Source of the DNA: Patescibacteria group bacterium
GTDB taxonomy: Bacteria > Patescibacteriota > Microgenomatia > UBA1400 > PJMF01
Direction of reading: 5' to 3'
Assembly: GCA_039934415.1 (NCBI GenBank)
Contig: JBDTME010000001.1
Location: 442,461 to 506,460 of the forward strand
DNA: 64,000 nt
Numbering within the stretch: position 1 is the stretch's first letter; each line of letters starts with the position of its first letter. The position numbers and the translations under genes are program-made. The notes beneath the pieces are model-generated. The model searched no databases and was not told the DNA's origin. It saw nothing but the letters and a program-made list of their open reading frames with translations. This document shows positions 1 to 9,517 of this stretch, in pieces.

Positions 1-1
1 G

Positions 2-634
2 CTCTCTGGTGGTTCGGCGATCACTATGTATGAAAAGATGTTTGAGATTTTGATTGAAAAAACTATTGACCTGCATAACCTCAGCGTCTCATTGTTTGAC
101 GAGCGGTTCGTATCTCAAAATTCTCTGGACAGCAACGAATTACAGTTGCGAAATGCTGGGGTCATAACACAACTCATGGATCGCGAAGCAAGCTGGATTC
201 CCTATCTTAACTCTGAACAAGAAGAAAATGGTAAACAGGTTGCCCAACGCGTCACTCAAGCACTCACTCGTGAACTCAGTTTAGGTAAACAGCTTATTAT
301 TTTGGCTGGTATGGGCGATGACGGACACACTGCTGGCCTACTCCCAGTACAACAAGATTCACCAAATCGATCTCGGCTTTTCGATACTGACCAGTTTGTA
401 GCGTACTATCAGGTAGATTCTTCAGATTCAAATAACCCGTTCTCATATCGTTTGACTGCAACACCAGCGCTTATTAAAGAAGCACATCACGTTTTTTTGT
501 ACACTGCTGGCGAAAAAAAGCGACCAGCCCTCCAACATTTTATGAACCAGGACGGACCTATTCATCGTTATCCTGTGATCAGTTTGCTTGCGAGTCAGCA
601 ACCAGTCGAAGTACTCACTGACATCACTGTTTAA
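2..634 (+). CDS. pgl: 6-phosphogluconolactonase (5' end truncated by window edge)
   Basis: Frame is open from base 2 (LSGGS motif before the tracked Met); DER motif and LAGMGDDGHTAGL signature. Confidence 0.85.
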   Translation, partial: LSGGSAITMYEKMFEILIEKTIDLHNLSVSLFDERFVSQNSLDSNELQLRNAGVITQLMDREASWIPYLNSEQEENGKQVAQRVTQALTRELSLGKQLIILAGMGDDGHTAGLLPVQQDSPNRSRLFDTDQFVAYYQVDSSDSNNPFSYRLTATPALIKEAHHVFLYTAGEKKRPALQHFMNQDGPIHRYPVISLLASQQPVEVLTDITV

Positions 635-651
635 TTCAATTCTTCATCCAT

Positions 652-1608
652 ATGCTTCCCCTCCGCTATCTTTATCAAACTTCACCAGAGGCTAGTGGGC
701 TCGTCTTGCTGGGCAGCGCAGTGCGTGGTTTGGGAAAAGGCTGGCAAGTAGGAGTACTACACACTGACAACAGTTCAAATCTTTTTGAGCGGTTACGCAC
801 ACAATTAACAGATCCCACGCAATTGAGTATTTCAAAAGATGTTCGCACATTAGATCAGTGTCAACTGCTCTTAAGTGAAAATCCGACTGATCAGCAAGTA
901 GCACAACTATTCAATTCAACCCCACACGTAATGGTAGCAGGAGAACAGATCAATCCTGACCACTTTGATTTGGTCTCTCGCTTTGACGAACATAAATTGA
1001 ACCCTGATGGTGTGATCGCATTTGTTGGTAATGGAAAAGGCAAGACGACATCTGCTGTGGGAGTGGCAGTGAAATCTTTATTAGAACCAGAACAACAGAG
1101 ACCTGTCAGCATCATTCAATGGTTTAAAGAGCGCAAAAAACCGGGTGCGCTCACCTGGGCAATCAATGAGCATGAGTTCCCCGCACTTTTAAAGAAGAAA
1201 GAGTCGTTACAGTTTTTTCCAACTGGCTTGGGTTTTTTTGGTTCTCCCAATTTAGATCGAGTCAAAGGTGACCAAGCATATCAACAACATCGTGACAAAG
1301 CCTATGAAGGCCTTGAGCTTGCAAAACAGCAACTTCAATCAAATCAATACGCTGCAATAATTCTCGATGAGTTTGTAGATACTGTTCAGGAAATTGCAGG
1401 AAATTTGGAATATCCTTTAATCGATTTGCACGATGTAGTGGATTTTTTTGAGTACGCCACTCAGTTTCCAGACACTTTGCTCGTCATTACTGGCAGACGA
1501 GTCACTCCTCAGTACCAGAAGTTCGTCCACCAAATGATCACAGTCCATGAGGTCCGTCACCCTTTTAAAGAAAAAGGACAGGGTGCCATATCGGGGTTAG
1601 ATTTTTAA
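652..1608 (+). CDS. cobA: cob(I)alamin/corrinoid adenosyltransferase (CobA/BtuR/CobO family) with degenerate N-terminal repeat domain
   Basis: GNGKGKTT P-loop, IIQWFK, IILDE, LVITGR and C-terminal HPF..G..AISGLDF signature. Confidence 0.85.
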   Translation: MLPLRYLYQTSPEASGLVLLGSAVRGLGKGWQVGVLHTDNSSNLFERLRTQLTDPTQLSISKDVRTLDQCQLLLSENPTDQQVAQLFNSTPHVMVAGEQINPDHFDLVSRFDEHKLNPDGVIAFVGNGKGKTTSAVGVAVKSLLEPEQQRPVSIIQWFKERKKPGALTWAINEHEFPALLKKKESLQFFPTGLGFFGSPNLDRVKGDQAYQQHRDKAYEGLELAKQQLQSNQYAAIILDEFVDTVQEIAGNLEYPLIDLHDVVDFFEYATQFPDTLLVITGRRVTPQYQKFVHQMITVHEVRHPFKEKGQGAISGLDF

Positions 1609-1640
1609 GCTAGACAAACTGATACTTTTAGTGAGAGTAT

Positions 1641-2693
1641 ATGCACACTATGAAACAATCCAAACCATCCGATGCATTTTTTGTTGATGAGGCTGCCTTA
1701 AAAGCACTTAAGCTCGTCGCTGTTGCCTACTCCCACGTCGAACGTGCGGACTTCGCAACAGAAGGAGCGTACATTGCAGAACAAGAAGTCGAAGCCCGAG
1801 CTGAAGAAGTGATTGCCGAAGTCGCCAAATTAGGAATTGCAGTCAAAGGCTATGCAGCAGATGCATACTTTTTTACTAATATTTTAGTGGACAAACCTGA
1901 CCTTGTTCTTAACTTAGTTGACACTGTCAAAGGCAAAGACCGTTTACAGCCAGCTATTCCTGGAGCACTTGAACTGTCTGACATTCAGTACACTGGTGCT
2001 GGTATGCGTGGTTTGGTGGTCGGTAATGATCGTCATTTGTTCAAACAGTTATTGATCGCTCACGAGATTCCTACTCCACAGTATAAGTTTATCCGCGACT
2101 TACGCTCAAGAATTCCTGAAAATTTGGGGTTACCGTTGATCGTTAAATTAAATGAGTCGGGCGGGAGTGTAGGAATTGATAACAAAGCCGTCAAAGAGTC
2201 TTTTGTCGCAGCACAGAAAAAAGTTGAAGAGATGGTTAACACCTATAAGATTCCGGTAATCGTAGAAAAATTTGTTGATGGACCTGAAATCACCGCCGTG
2301 ATCTACGACGATGGTCGGAGAAAACATGTCTTTCTGGGTGAAAAAGTATTTGGCATCAAGCCAGATGGTAAGCACGATTTTACGAGTTTAGAAAGTTATG
2401 ACAACTTAAAGTCATATAAATACAAATTTCCTGATGAAGTGATGACTGACAAGATTTATCCCTATGTCATTCGCGCTTTCGATACATTGGGCTATCGTGA
2501 CTATGCGAAGTTTGATATTCGCTGGGAAACCGAAACTGGTCTCCCTTTGTTCATTGACTGTAATCCAAACACGGCTTTTGGACCAGACTTGGGACTGCCG
2601 ATGACAGAGGTTTTAGAGTTACACAATGTCGATTTCATCTCGTTGCTTAAGAGTTTATTGAGTAAACACGCCAGACACATCCAAAAGGCTTAA
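1641..2693 (+). CDS. D-Ala-D-Ala-ligase-like ATP-grasp amidoligase (non-canonical)
   Basis: PDLVLNL, YTGAG, PLIVK..ESGGSVGI, VEKFVDGPE, RDYAKFD, DCNPN motifs; lacks the N-terminal GGxSxEH of true Ddl. Confidence 0.8.
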   Translation: MHTMKQSKPSDAFFVDEAALKALKLVAVAYSHVERADFATEGAYIAEQEVEARAEEVIAEVAKLGIAVKGYAADAYFFTNILVDKPDLVLNLVDTVKGKDRLQPAIPGALELSDIQYTGAGMRGLVVGNDRHLFKQLLIAHEIPTPQYKFIRDLRSRIPENLGLPLIVKLNESGGSVGIDNKAVKESFVAAQKKVEEMVNTYKIPVIVEKFVDGPEITAVIYDDGRRKHVFLGEKVFGIKPDGKHDFTSLESYDNLKSYKYKFPDEVMTDKIYPYVIRAFDTLGYRDYAKFDIRWETETGLPLFIDCNPNTAFGPDLGLPMTEVLELHNVDFISLLKSLLSKHARHIQKA

Positions 2694-2780
2694 TTTTAAG
2701 AATGCTCAAGAAGCGTATTGAGTACTTTATTTACTCGTTTTTCGTTTTCGACCCAGTGGCAAGACTGGTATAATACGGTC

Positions 2781-3374
2781 ATGCCCGCCATCCGTCGTAT
2801 CCAACAGATTACTAGCTCCCATTGTGGCCCCGCTGTCGTCTGCATGTTGTTAGATGCCATCGGTATTCAAGTAGATCAAGAAACTGTCGCTAAGGCTGCC
2901 GATGCTGAATACAGTATAGAAGCTGATGGACTTCGAGTGGATCAAATCGCAACTGCGGTTGCTCGAATTGCCCCAGAAGCGACCTTTTGGTACAAGTATC
3001 AAGCCACTCTCAACGATATACGGTACATTCTCCGTCGAGGTTACGGAGTAGGTGTCGAGTGGCAAGGGTTATTTTACGATACAGAAGAAGAGGAAGAGGA
3101 AGATGACGAGGTGCTGGATATCGGCCACTACAGTATAATTAGTGACATTGACGAAGCGCACCAGGGTTTGCAGATTGTGAATCCTCACCAAGATTTTGCC
3201 TATCATGATCGGCTATTTTCAATTCCACTTTTTTTACGACGTTGGTGGGACACGAACGAGATGGTCAACCCCTTTTCAGGTAAAAAAGAGTTGGTGGAAG
3301 ATTTACGACTCCTTTTCTTCATTACCCCCAAAGATCAATATTTTTCACCAGAGATGGGTTTTCGAAGTCGATAG
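2781..3374 (+). CDS. papain-like cysteine peptidase (C39-like)
   Basis: QxxxxxCGPA (oxyanion Gln/catalytic Cys), GHY, VNP; ATG at 2781 lies 6 nt after TGnTATAAT. Confidence 0.75.
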   Translation: MPAIRRIQQITSSHCGPAVVCMLLDAIGIQVDQETVAKAADAEYSIEADGLRVDQIATAVARIAPEATFWYKYQATLNDIRYILRRGYGVGVEWQGLFYDTEEEEEEDDEVLDIGHYSIISDIDEAHQGLQIVNPHQDFAYHDRLFSIPLFLRRWWDTNEMVNPFSGKKELVEDLRLLFFITPKDQYFSPEMGFRSR

Positions 3375-3442
3375 CTTTTTTCCTTTTTTTTTATTTTCAA
3401 AAAAGACCTATCATTGAAGCAGAAATGATATTGAAAGGATGT

Positions 3443-3823
3443 ATGGAATTTGCGATCAGCATCAAAAATGTACCAAATAAGGGATTAGGAGTGTTTGCGG
3501 AAAAAGCATTTAAAACTGGTGAGATCATTGAGGCTTGCCCAACAATTCAAATGACACCAACTGAACGTAAGCATTGTGCCAAAACTATTCTCGATCACTA
3601 CATGTATCCATGGCGTAGTACCAGAAGTGCTTCTATCGTATTGGGGTATGGTTCCATCTATAATCACTCATTCACACCCAACGCTGATTGGAAGCAAAAT
3701 TTCAAAACAAAACGGATGGTCTATCGAGCGGTAAAGCCTATCAAAAAAGGCGAAGAAATCACTGTCAACTACAATGGTGAGCCTGATGATATGACTCCGA
3801 TTGAATGGTTCGACGTTATCTAA
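3443..3823 (+). CDS. SET-domain protein-lysine methyltransferase
   Basis: KGLGVFA, YNHSFTPN, IKKGEEITVNY SET motifs; AAGGA SD before ATG 3443. Confidence 0.9.
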   Translation: MEFAISIKNVPNKGLGVFAEKAFKTGEIIEACPTIQMTPTERKHCAKTILDHYMYPWRSTRSASIVLGYGSIYNHSFTPNADWKQNFKTKRMVYRAVKPIKKGEEITVNYNGEPDDMTPIEWFDVI

Positions 3824-3834
3824 AATTTTTTCTG

Positions 3835-4251
3835 TTACTCCAAACCTTGTAGCCTGCTCATTTGGTCATTCACTTGTTGGTTGATATTCTGCGCAAATTG
3901 AAACGCATAATACGTACTCCCTAATAAAGACACCAAGGTCAGGAATATTGTCACTACCCCGATCATTTTAGCTTTTGTTGTCGATTCTTTGAGATACGGC
4001 CATCCCCAGACTAAGCCAAAAGGTGGGAGCAAAATACTTCCGCTGTATAGTAAAAATTGTTTGAGGACAGAAGTCGACAGGGGTTTTGGTTTTAAATTAT
4101 GTCCGCAGTTGAAACAAAAATAATCTGTAGATCTTACGGTGACGTGACAGGTAGGACACTGCGCATCTGCACTAAGGGGAGTAATTGTGGGAGTGGATAA
4201 TGGCACCTCGGCTGCTACTGGAGCAGCCGAAGCCGAAATCTGTTCTTGCAT
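3835..4251 (-). CDS. zinc-ribbon membrane protein
   Basis: CPTC...CFNCG plus two hydrophobic helices. Confidence 0.7.
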   Translation of the reverse strand: MQEQISASAAPVAAEVPLSTPTITPLSADAQCPTCHVTVRSTDYFCFNCGHNLKPKPLSTSVLKQFLLYSGSILLPPFGLVWGWPYLKESTTKAKMIGVVTIFLTLVSLLGSTYYAFQFAQNINQQVNDQMSRLQGLE

Positions 4252-4273
4252 ACATTCATTCTACTCGCCCACT

Positions 4274-4504
4274 TCATTTCTTCATGCTGCACATTCTACA
4301 ATCAGTCATGTGAGTTCCAGCTAAGTACAATCCAGACAAACCAACCAGCACATACACGAGTCGCTCAATCACTGGCCAAGGTCCAAACAACATTCCAACC
4401 ACATTTAAGTTCATCAAACCAATCAAACCCCAGTTGACTGCACCAACGACCACGAGCACGAACGCAAGCATGTGTGCCATTTTCATATTAGACATATTTG
4501 TCAT
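4274..4504 (-). CDS. DUF378 family small membrane protein
   Basis: LVVVGAVNWGLIGL...VYVLVGLSG signature. Confidence 0.85.
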   Translation of the reverse strand: MTNMSNMKMAHMLAFVLVVVGAVNWGLIGLMNLNVVGMLFGPWPVIERLVYVLVGLSGLYLAGTHMTDCRMCSMKK

Positions 4505-4609
4505 ACGACTTTCTCCTCTCTATAACTAAGTATAATGTGAGAAACTGAACACTTTTTTTTCTCTTTTTTACTATACACAGTTGTGTAACAAAATTGCAAC
4601 ATGGAATAA

Positions 4610-4637
4610 AAAACATCCCACCGGAGTGGGATGTTTT
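4610..4637. terminator. intrinsic terminator, possibly bidirectional
   Basis: AAAACATCCCAC-CGGA-GTGGGATGTTTT perfect 12-bp stem with A/T tails. Confidence 0.8.
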
Positions 4638-4719
4638 AAATAAGCAAAAAAAGCATCGTACTTTTCTAAAATGTTAAATGAGTCACCTGAAAGGAAGCTT
4701 AAGAGAAAAAAAACTGAGA

Positions 4720-4944
4720 CTAGTATTGATAATTAGAATTTTGCGAATCACCTTGAGAAGGCGAAGAGGAGTTGTAATTGTAGTTGTAACCCTTTTTGGC
4801 AAATATGGCAAAATAAATGAGTCCGTAGATAATGCTACCAATGATGACATAAATGAGTACCCATTGCCAAAGTGGTCGCTTGCCATAGCCCTTACTGTAA
4901 GCGGCGGCATAACTTTTCTTTTTTTGGGCGAGCTGTTTTTTCAT
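4720..4944 (-). CDS. small single-TM hypothetical protein
   Basis: Basic N-terminus, one TM helix (WQWVLIYVIIGSIIYGLIYFAIF), polar tail. Confidence 0.65.
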   Translation of the reverse strand: MKKQLAQKKKSYAAAYSKGYGKRPLWQWVLIYVIIGSIIYGLIYFAIFAKKGYNYNYNSSSPSQGDSQNSNYQY

Positions 4945-5009
4945 ATAAACATGGTTTCATTTGCCAGAAATTATGTCAAGCTACAAAAAAGTGTGATAGA
5001 CTGTGGAAT

Positions 5010-5297
5010 ATGACTACAACAGATCCAACTCAACTCCCCACACCATCAATTCCAACAGGTAAGATTGAAATTCCTGTAGAAAAAATGGATGCCGTTTCGA
5101 ACGATTCACCGTTATCGCCAAATGAAAAAAGTGAAAGAGCTGTCAGCGGCAGTAACCCTGGTGTGGAGTCAGACGATAATATGCTCGATAATGAAAAAGA
5201 GGTCGGGTTATATACTGATGTCACTGAAGATGACGCTCCTGACTTAAATATCGCAGATCAAGTGGAAAAAGCTGAAAAGTACCACCAAGACCACTAA
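5010..5297 (+). CDS. acidic hypothetical protein
   Basis: Likely start MTTTDP at 5010, 7 nt after TGnTAGACT; D/E-rich. Confidence 0.65.
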   Translation: MTTTDPTQLPTPSIPTGKIEIPVEKMDAVSNDSPLSPNEKSERAVSGSNPGVESDDNMLDNEKEVGLYTDVTEDDAPDLNIADQVEKAEKYHQDH

Positions 5298-5318
5298 TCC
5301 CCGTTTCTACAATCATCC

Positions 5319-6671
5319 TCACCACTTGATGCTTTGATTTCTTTTAGCTCCGGTAGTGATCATGATGATTTTTGTTCCGATTTCTTTTTCGATGAACTTT
5401 AAGAATGTTTTTGCCGCTGTCGGAATTTCCTTGGCATTTTTTGCCAGCTGAATTTTTTGCTGATTCCAGGGTTTGAACTCTTTATATACTGGTTTCACTT
5501 TTGACAAAAATTCTTGATCTGGTCGGTAACTCACTTTTTTTCCCTTGAGCGTATAACCTACGCAAACTTTGATGGGTACTTCTGGATACACGATATCCAT
5601 GTGGGTGAGGACGTGAGTGTTTACGTTGCCAACTTTGGCATAATATTTGACTGCCTCCAAATCCAGATATGCAATGTCTCGCGGTCGACGAGTAGTGGCA
5701 CCGTACTCATTTGCGTCTTCGCGAATGCGGTGAGCGAGTTTTTCTGGCATCATTGAAGGTAACTTGCGCATCCCGACACTACTCATGTACGTGGCTTTGA
5801 TCACGGCAGCTCGAACTTTCATTTGAGTTGGGTCGATGATTCCTTCAGTCGCAGAGAAAATACCGTCAAATGTCGTCGTTGATGCGGTCACATCTGGATA
5901 CACACCCCACCGGTAATCGAGACCAATGGCTTGGGCTTTTTCAAATACATAACTGCATTTGGGATCGTTCCAAGTTGCTTCCAAAAAAGCAGATACATTC
6001 TTGGCATAAATTGACAGCATTTTACTTTGCTTTTGTAATCGATCGATGAATTGTGCTAGTGTTCCGACTGGAATGAGGTCTGCACTGCCTAACTGAGCTA
6101 CTTTGACTTCAGCTAACTTGGCACCCAATCCTTTGAGGAGGGCTTCATATAAACGGTAATGTTGTTCAATTTTGGTAGTGTTAAATGGTGTTAAATCTCG
6201 AACTCGTAACGGGTGTCGTAAGAGTACATCTGCATAGGCAGGTGAGATCCCGCGTCCGGTAGAGCCTTTGCCACCGTCTTCCCAAGTTTTCAAAATATTT
6301 TCAAATGCTCGATGAGTATCTAGTGACAAAATTGCCATCTCGTCCAACAAGATCGTGGCTAATTCAGCTTCTTTACTGAAAGTAATGACTTGATTAATTT
6401 CAACCATGAAATCACCAGGGTGAATCACCATTTCTTTTCCTAAAACCACGGTCGCGTTTTTACAAAAAATTCCCGATGGTAATTGGTGTAAGGCTATTTT
6501 CCCGCTCGCGAATGATACGGTGTGCCCTGCATTCGCTCCCCCGTTATCGCGGTACACAACGACGGGTCCTTTTTTTGCCAACTTTGAAACGTACTCATCT
6601 ACTATTCGTCCTTTGCCTTCATCTCCAAATGCACCACCACAAAATCCGTATGAGTTGGACTTAGTTTTCAT
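5319..6671 (-). CDS. purA: adenylosuccinate synthetase
   Basis: GDEGKG, GGANAGHT, GSTGRGISPAY, EYGATTRRPR motifs. Confidence 0.93.
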   Translation of the reverse strand: MKTKSNSYGFCGGAFGDEGKGRIVDEYVSKLAKKGPVVVYRDNGGANAGHTVSFASGKIALHQLPSGIFCKNATVVLGKEMVIHPGDFMVEINQVITFSKEAELATILLDEMAILSLDTHRAFENILKTWEDGGKGSTGRGISPAYADVLLRHPLRVRDLTPFNTTKIEQHYRLYEALLKGLGAKLAEVKVAQLGSADLIPVGTLAQFIDRLQKQSKMLSIYAKNVSAFLEATWNDPKCSYVFEKAQAIGLDYRWGVYPDVTASTTTFDGIFSATEGIIDPTQMKVRAAVIKATYMSSVGMRKLPSMMPEKLAHRIREDANEYGATTRRPRDIAYLDLEAVKYYAKVGNVNTHVLTHMDIVYPEVPIKVCVGYTLKGKKVSYRPDQEFLSKVKPVYKEFKPWNQQKIQLAKNAKEIPTAAKTFLKFIEKEIGTKIIMITTGAKRNQSIKW

Positions 6672-8049
6672 GAATCTCCTTTATACCTACCTCAACTAAT
6701 TGTTGTGCTAACCCAAGGTAAGTGAGTGGGGTGAGCTGTGTTAATTTTTTCTTTACCTGATCGTCAACTTCTAGTGAGTGTATAAATTTTCGCAAACTTT
6801 CCTGATCAATTTTTTTACCGCGCGAGAGTGTTTTTAGTTTTTCGTAGGCAGTTGTATCGCCACTTAAACGCAACAGTGTTTGAATACCTTCAGTCGTAAT
6901 TTCCCAGTGCGCCAACAACTCGGTTTGTAATTTTTCGGTATTAGGTTGAACTCGACTCAGGCCGCGCTGACATGATGTATACCCCAATAAGCAGTATCCA
7001 AAAGCAGAACCGAAGTTTCGTTTAACGGTGCTATCTGATAAATCCCGTTGGAGTCGTGAAATTGGTAATTTAGTGGCGAAATACTGAAACATGGCATTCG
7101 CCAGCCCTAAGTTGCCTTCGCTATTCTCAAAGTGAATGGGATTGACTTTCTGAGGCATGGTCGATGAACCGACTTCGTTCTGCTCCACTCTTTGCAGAAA
7201 GTATTCATCACTGATATACCTCCACATGTCTTGATCAAAACTAATAAGGATGGTGTTAATGAGTTCAAAACTTTGAAACAGTTTTGTATAGCTGTCTGCT
7301 GGTAATATCTGTGTCGTCCAGTGATTGGGTTGGAGACCTAAGGAAGTAATAAATTGATCGGAAAGTGCTAACCAGTTTAGTTTGGGAAAGGCGGTGTGTA
7401 ATGAGGTAAAGTTGCCGACGGCTCCCCCCATCTTTGCTTCAATAGGGATACTCTGCAAATTTTTAAATTCTTTGTGCAGTCGAATGGCAAAAATGATGAG
7501 CTCTTTTCCGACAGTGGTGGGGATGGCAGGTTGGCCATGTGTTCGTGCGAGCATGGGCAGTGCTTTGTATTTTTCTGCCATTTTGGCGATTTCATTGATG
7601 AGTGTAGTGAGTTGAGGAAATAGAACTTGTCGACAGGCTGTTTGAAGCATTAATGCCTGTGCTAATGAGTTGGTGTCTTCACTGGTGAGGCCAAAATGTA
7701 CGTACTGTTCATAACTTAATTTTGATTCGCGAAGTTTTTGACGGATGTAATACTCTACAGCTTTCACATCATGTTTGATCTTTGATTCAATTTGTTTTAA
7801 TTTTTGCGCTTCAGCAAGGTCGAACTGGGAAAAGATTTGATGTAATTTTTTTTCGTCTCCAACGTTCATTTCTTTGTTCAATACGTGACGAATAAAAAAG
7901 ACCAAAAATTTAATTTCTGCTTCGATGCGAAATTTATTGAGGGCAAATTCTGAAAAATAATTTGTGAGAGGAGCTGTTTCTTTAAAATATCGACCATCAA
8001 GTGGCGAGAGCGCGACAAACGGGGTAAGAACATCGTTCATGTACTTCAC
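6661..8049 (-). CDS. purB: adenylosuccinate lyase
   Basis: LSPLDGRY, HDVKAVEY, RTHGQPA, GSSTMPQKVNP, SRLQRDLSDS. Confidence 0.95.
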   Translation of the reverse strand: MKYMNDVLTPFVALSPLDGRYFKETAPLTNYFSEFALNKFRIEAEIKFLVFFIRHVLNKEMNVGDEKKLHQIFSQFDLAEAQKLKQIESKIKHDVKAVEYYIRQKLRESKLSYEQYVHFGLTSEDTNSLAQALMLQTACRQVLFPQLTTLINEIAKMAEKYKALPMLARTHGQPAIPTTVGKELIIFAIRLHKEFKNLQSIPIEAKMGGAVGNFTSLHTAFPKLNWLALSDQFITSLGLQPNHWTTQILPADSYTKLFQSFELINTILISFDQDMWRYISDEYFLQRVEQNEVGSSTMPQKVNPIHFENSEGNLGLANAMFQYFATKLPISRLQRDLSDSTVKRNFGSAFGYCLLGYTSCQRGLSRVQPNTEKLQTELLAHWEITTEGIQTLLRLSGDTTAYEKLKTLSRGKKIDQESLRKFIHSLEVDDQVKKKLTQLTPLTYLGLAQQLVEVGIKEIHEN

Positions 8050-8088
8050 TTATAACATAAAAAGGTAGGAGTTCCAATCAAAGATTGG

Positions 8089-8394
8089 TTATGCGGGCTG
8101 CCATTGGGATGTTGCTAAGTTTACTTTATCGTTAATAAAGTCGACACCTTCATCTAAAAGCATTTCTCGTTTCGTAAATAGACCTGCTCCAGCAGAGTAT
8201 CCTGTCAATTTCCCATCTGATGCTACGACGCGGTGGCATGGAGTATGTGGTGCATCAGGGTTGGTTCGCATACACATGCCTACTGCTCGCGCGGCTTTAG
8301 GGTTGCCTGCCAAAGCAGCGACTTGTTTGTACGTCGCTACTCTGCCTTTGGGAATTTGGCGAGTAACTTGATAAACTTTTTCTTTGAAACTCAT
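8089..8394 (-). CDS. ogt: methylated-DNA--protein-cysteine methyltransferase (C-terminal domain only)
   Basis: IPKGRVATY, ARAVG and PCHRVV with catalytic Cys. Confidence 0.85.
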   Translation of the reverse strand: MSFKEKVYQVTRQIPKGRVATYKQVAALAGNPKAARAVGMCMRTNPDAPHTPCHRVVASDGKLTGYSAGAGLFTKREMLLDEGVDFINDKVNLATSQWQPA

Positions 8395-8413
8395 GATGTT
8401 CCTGCTAAGTATT

Positions 8414-8451
8414 AAAATAGAGTACTGTGTTCATTCGCGTTACTCTATTTT
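8414..8451. terminator. inverted repeat, possible terminator
   Basis: AAAATAGAGTA ... TACTCTATTTT arms followed by a T run. Confidence 0.4.
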
Positions 8452-8478
8452 TTTATCTGTTTCCTAAAAAAGGCTTCC

Positions 8479-9423
8479 TTACGATCGATGCAGTTTTCTC
8501 AATGAATCAATTTCATCCCGAATATTTCCTCCACCTGGAGTATAGATGATTGTTCCACCAAAGCCGTGTTCGGAAATGATGTTTACTGCTCTGTCGAGCA
8601 GGCTTGTCTGAACATTATATCGCAAATCTCGTCTACCTGGTTCGATTGCAATTGACTGAACGAGTGCCAATTCTGGATGTTTGGGATTATTGGCTTGTAG
8701 CATTTCTGATATCACCAGTTCCAATAAATCACGATTGTCACCCAAGCTGTGAACGAGTGCAACCAAGCTCATCTCTATTCCACTGACGTCATATTTGTTG
8801 GTTTCTTCTCTCACCCTCTTTACTAAATCTGCTGCTGTTCCTGGTACTTTAGATCCCATGGTAGCTTTTCTGGCATAGGCAAACATCTTATCGTGGTCCA
8901 AAGCATACACTTTCGTTGTTATGTGATCATCCAATATGGCAGCGTTGGGGACACCTTCAGCTTGGCGATCTGCATAGACTCGGACTGGCAGAGTTTGATT
9001 TTCACGGCCTCGTAATAATTTTTGTTGCAACCGCCTCAGACTCTTGATACTGGATTCTGCAAAACGACTTTGCTCGAGTGCTGCCGACAATAATTGGAGT
9101 ATTAATCGATATGAGAAGTAATCAGGAATTTTAGCTTCACCTCTACTCGGCTCTGCTAAATAGTGAATAGCTTGAAGTAGAACTTCGGCATCGGGTGAGT
9201 TTTCAATATCTTGCCGAGCTGGAGAAATAGCTTGCCTCAGGGGTTCATACATTATCTGAACACCAAGTACTTCAGCTTCCATCTTTAAGTCATTGAGATT
9301 CCAGTTCAGAATATTTCTCGCTACAGTAGCATTGCCATACAGTTTGAGTAAGGAATGAGAGTGGATAGCAATTTCAGATGGGGTGACAACTCGGGGTTTT
9401 CTCAATTCTGAGGTACTTGTCAT
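8479..9423 (-). CDS. hypothetical protein
   Basis: Long ORF with no recognised motif; ATG at 9423 preferred. Confidence 0.6.
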   Translation of the reverse strand: MTSTSELRKPRVVTPSEIAIHSHSLLKLYGNATVARNILNWNLNDLKMEAEVLGVQIMYEPLRQAISPARQDIENSPDAEVLLQAIHYLAEPSRGEAKIPDYFSYRLILQLLSAALEQSRFAESSIKSLRRLQQKLLRGRENQTLPVRVYADRQAEGVPNAAILDDHITTKVYALDHDKMFAYARKATMGSKVPGTAADLVKRVREETNKYDVSGIEMSLVALVHSLGDNRDLLELVISEMLQANNPKHPELALVQSIAIEPGRRDLRYNVQTSLLDRAVNIISEHGFGGTIIYTPGGGNIRDEIDSLRKLHRS

Positions 9424-9517
9424 ATAACAGGTACTATAAACCCTTTCACCACAGATCCACAGATGCAGGATACCCAAAACTACTTTCTTTTGCTAAAATA
9501 CTGAAATTGTACGACAA

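Noticed and set aside
5010-5297. Graspetide/RiPP precursor for the ATP-grasp ligase
   Set aside because: No repeated core motifs or double-glycine leader; separated from the ligase by opposite-strand genes and has its own promoter
5319-6671. PurZ (2-aminoadenine pathway) instead of PurA
   Set aside because: The catalytic Asp of GDEGKG is intact (PurZ has Ser there), the gene is paired with purB and it lies outside the island
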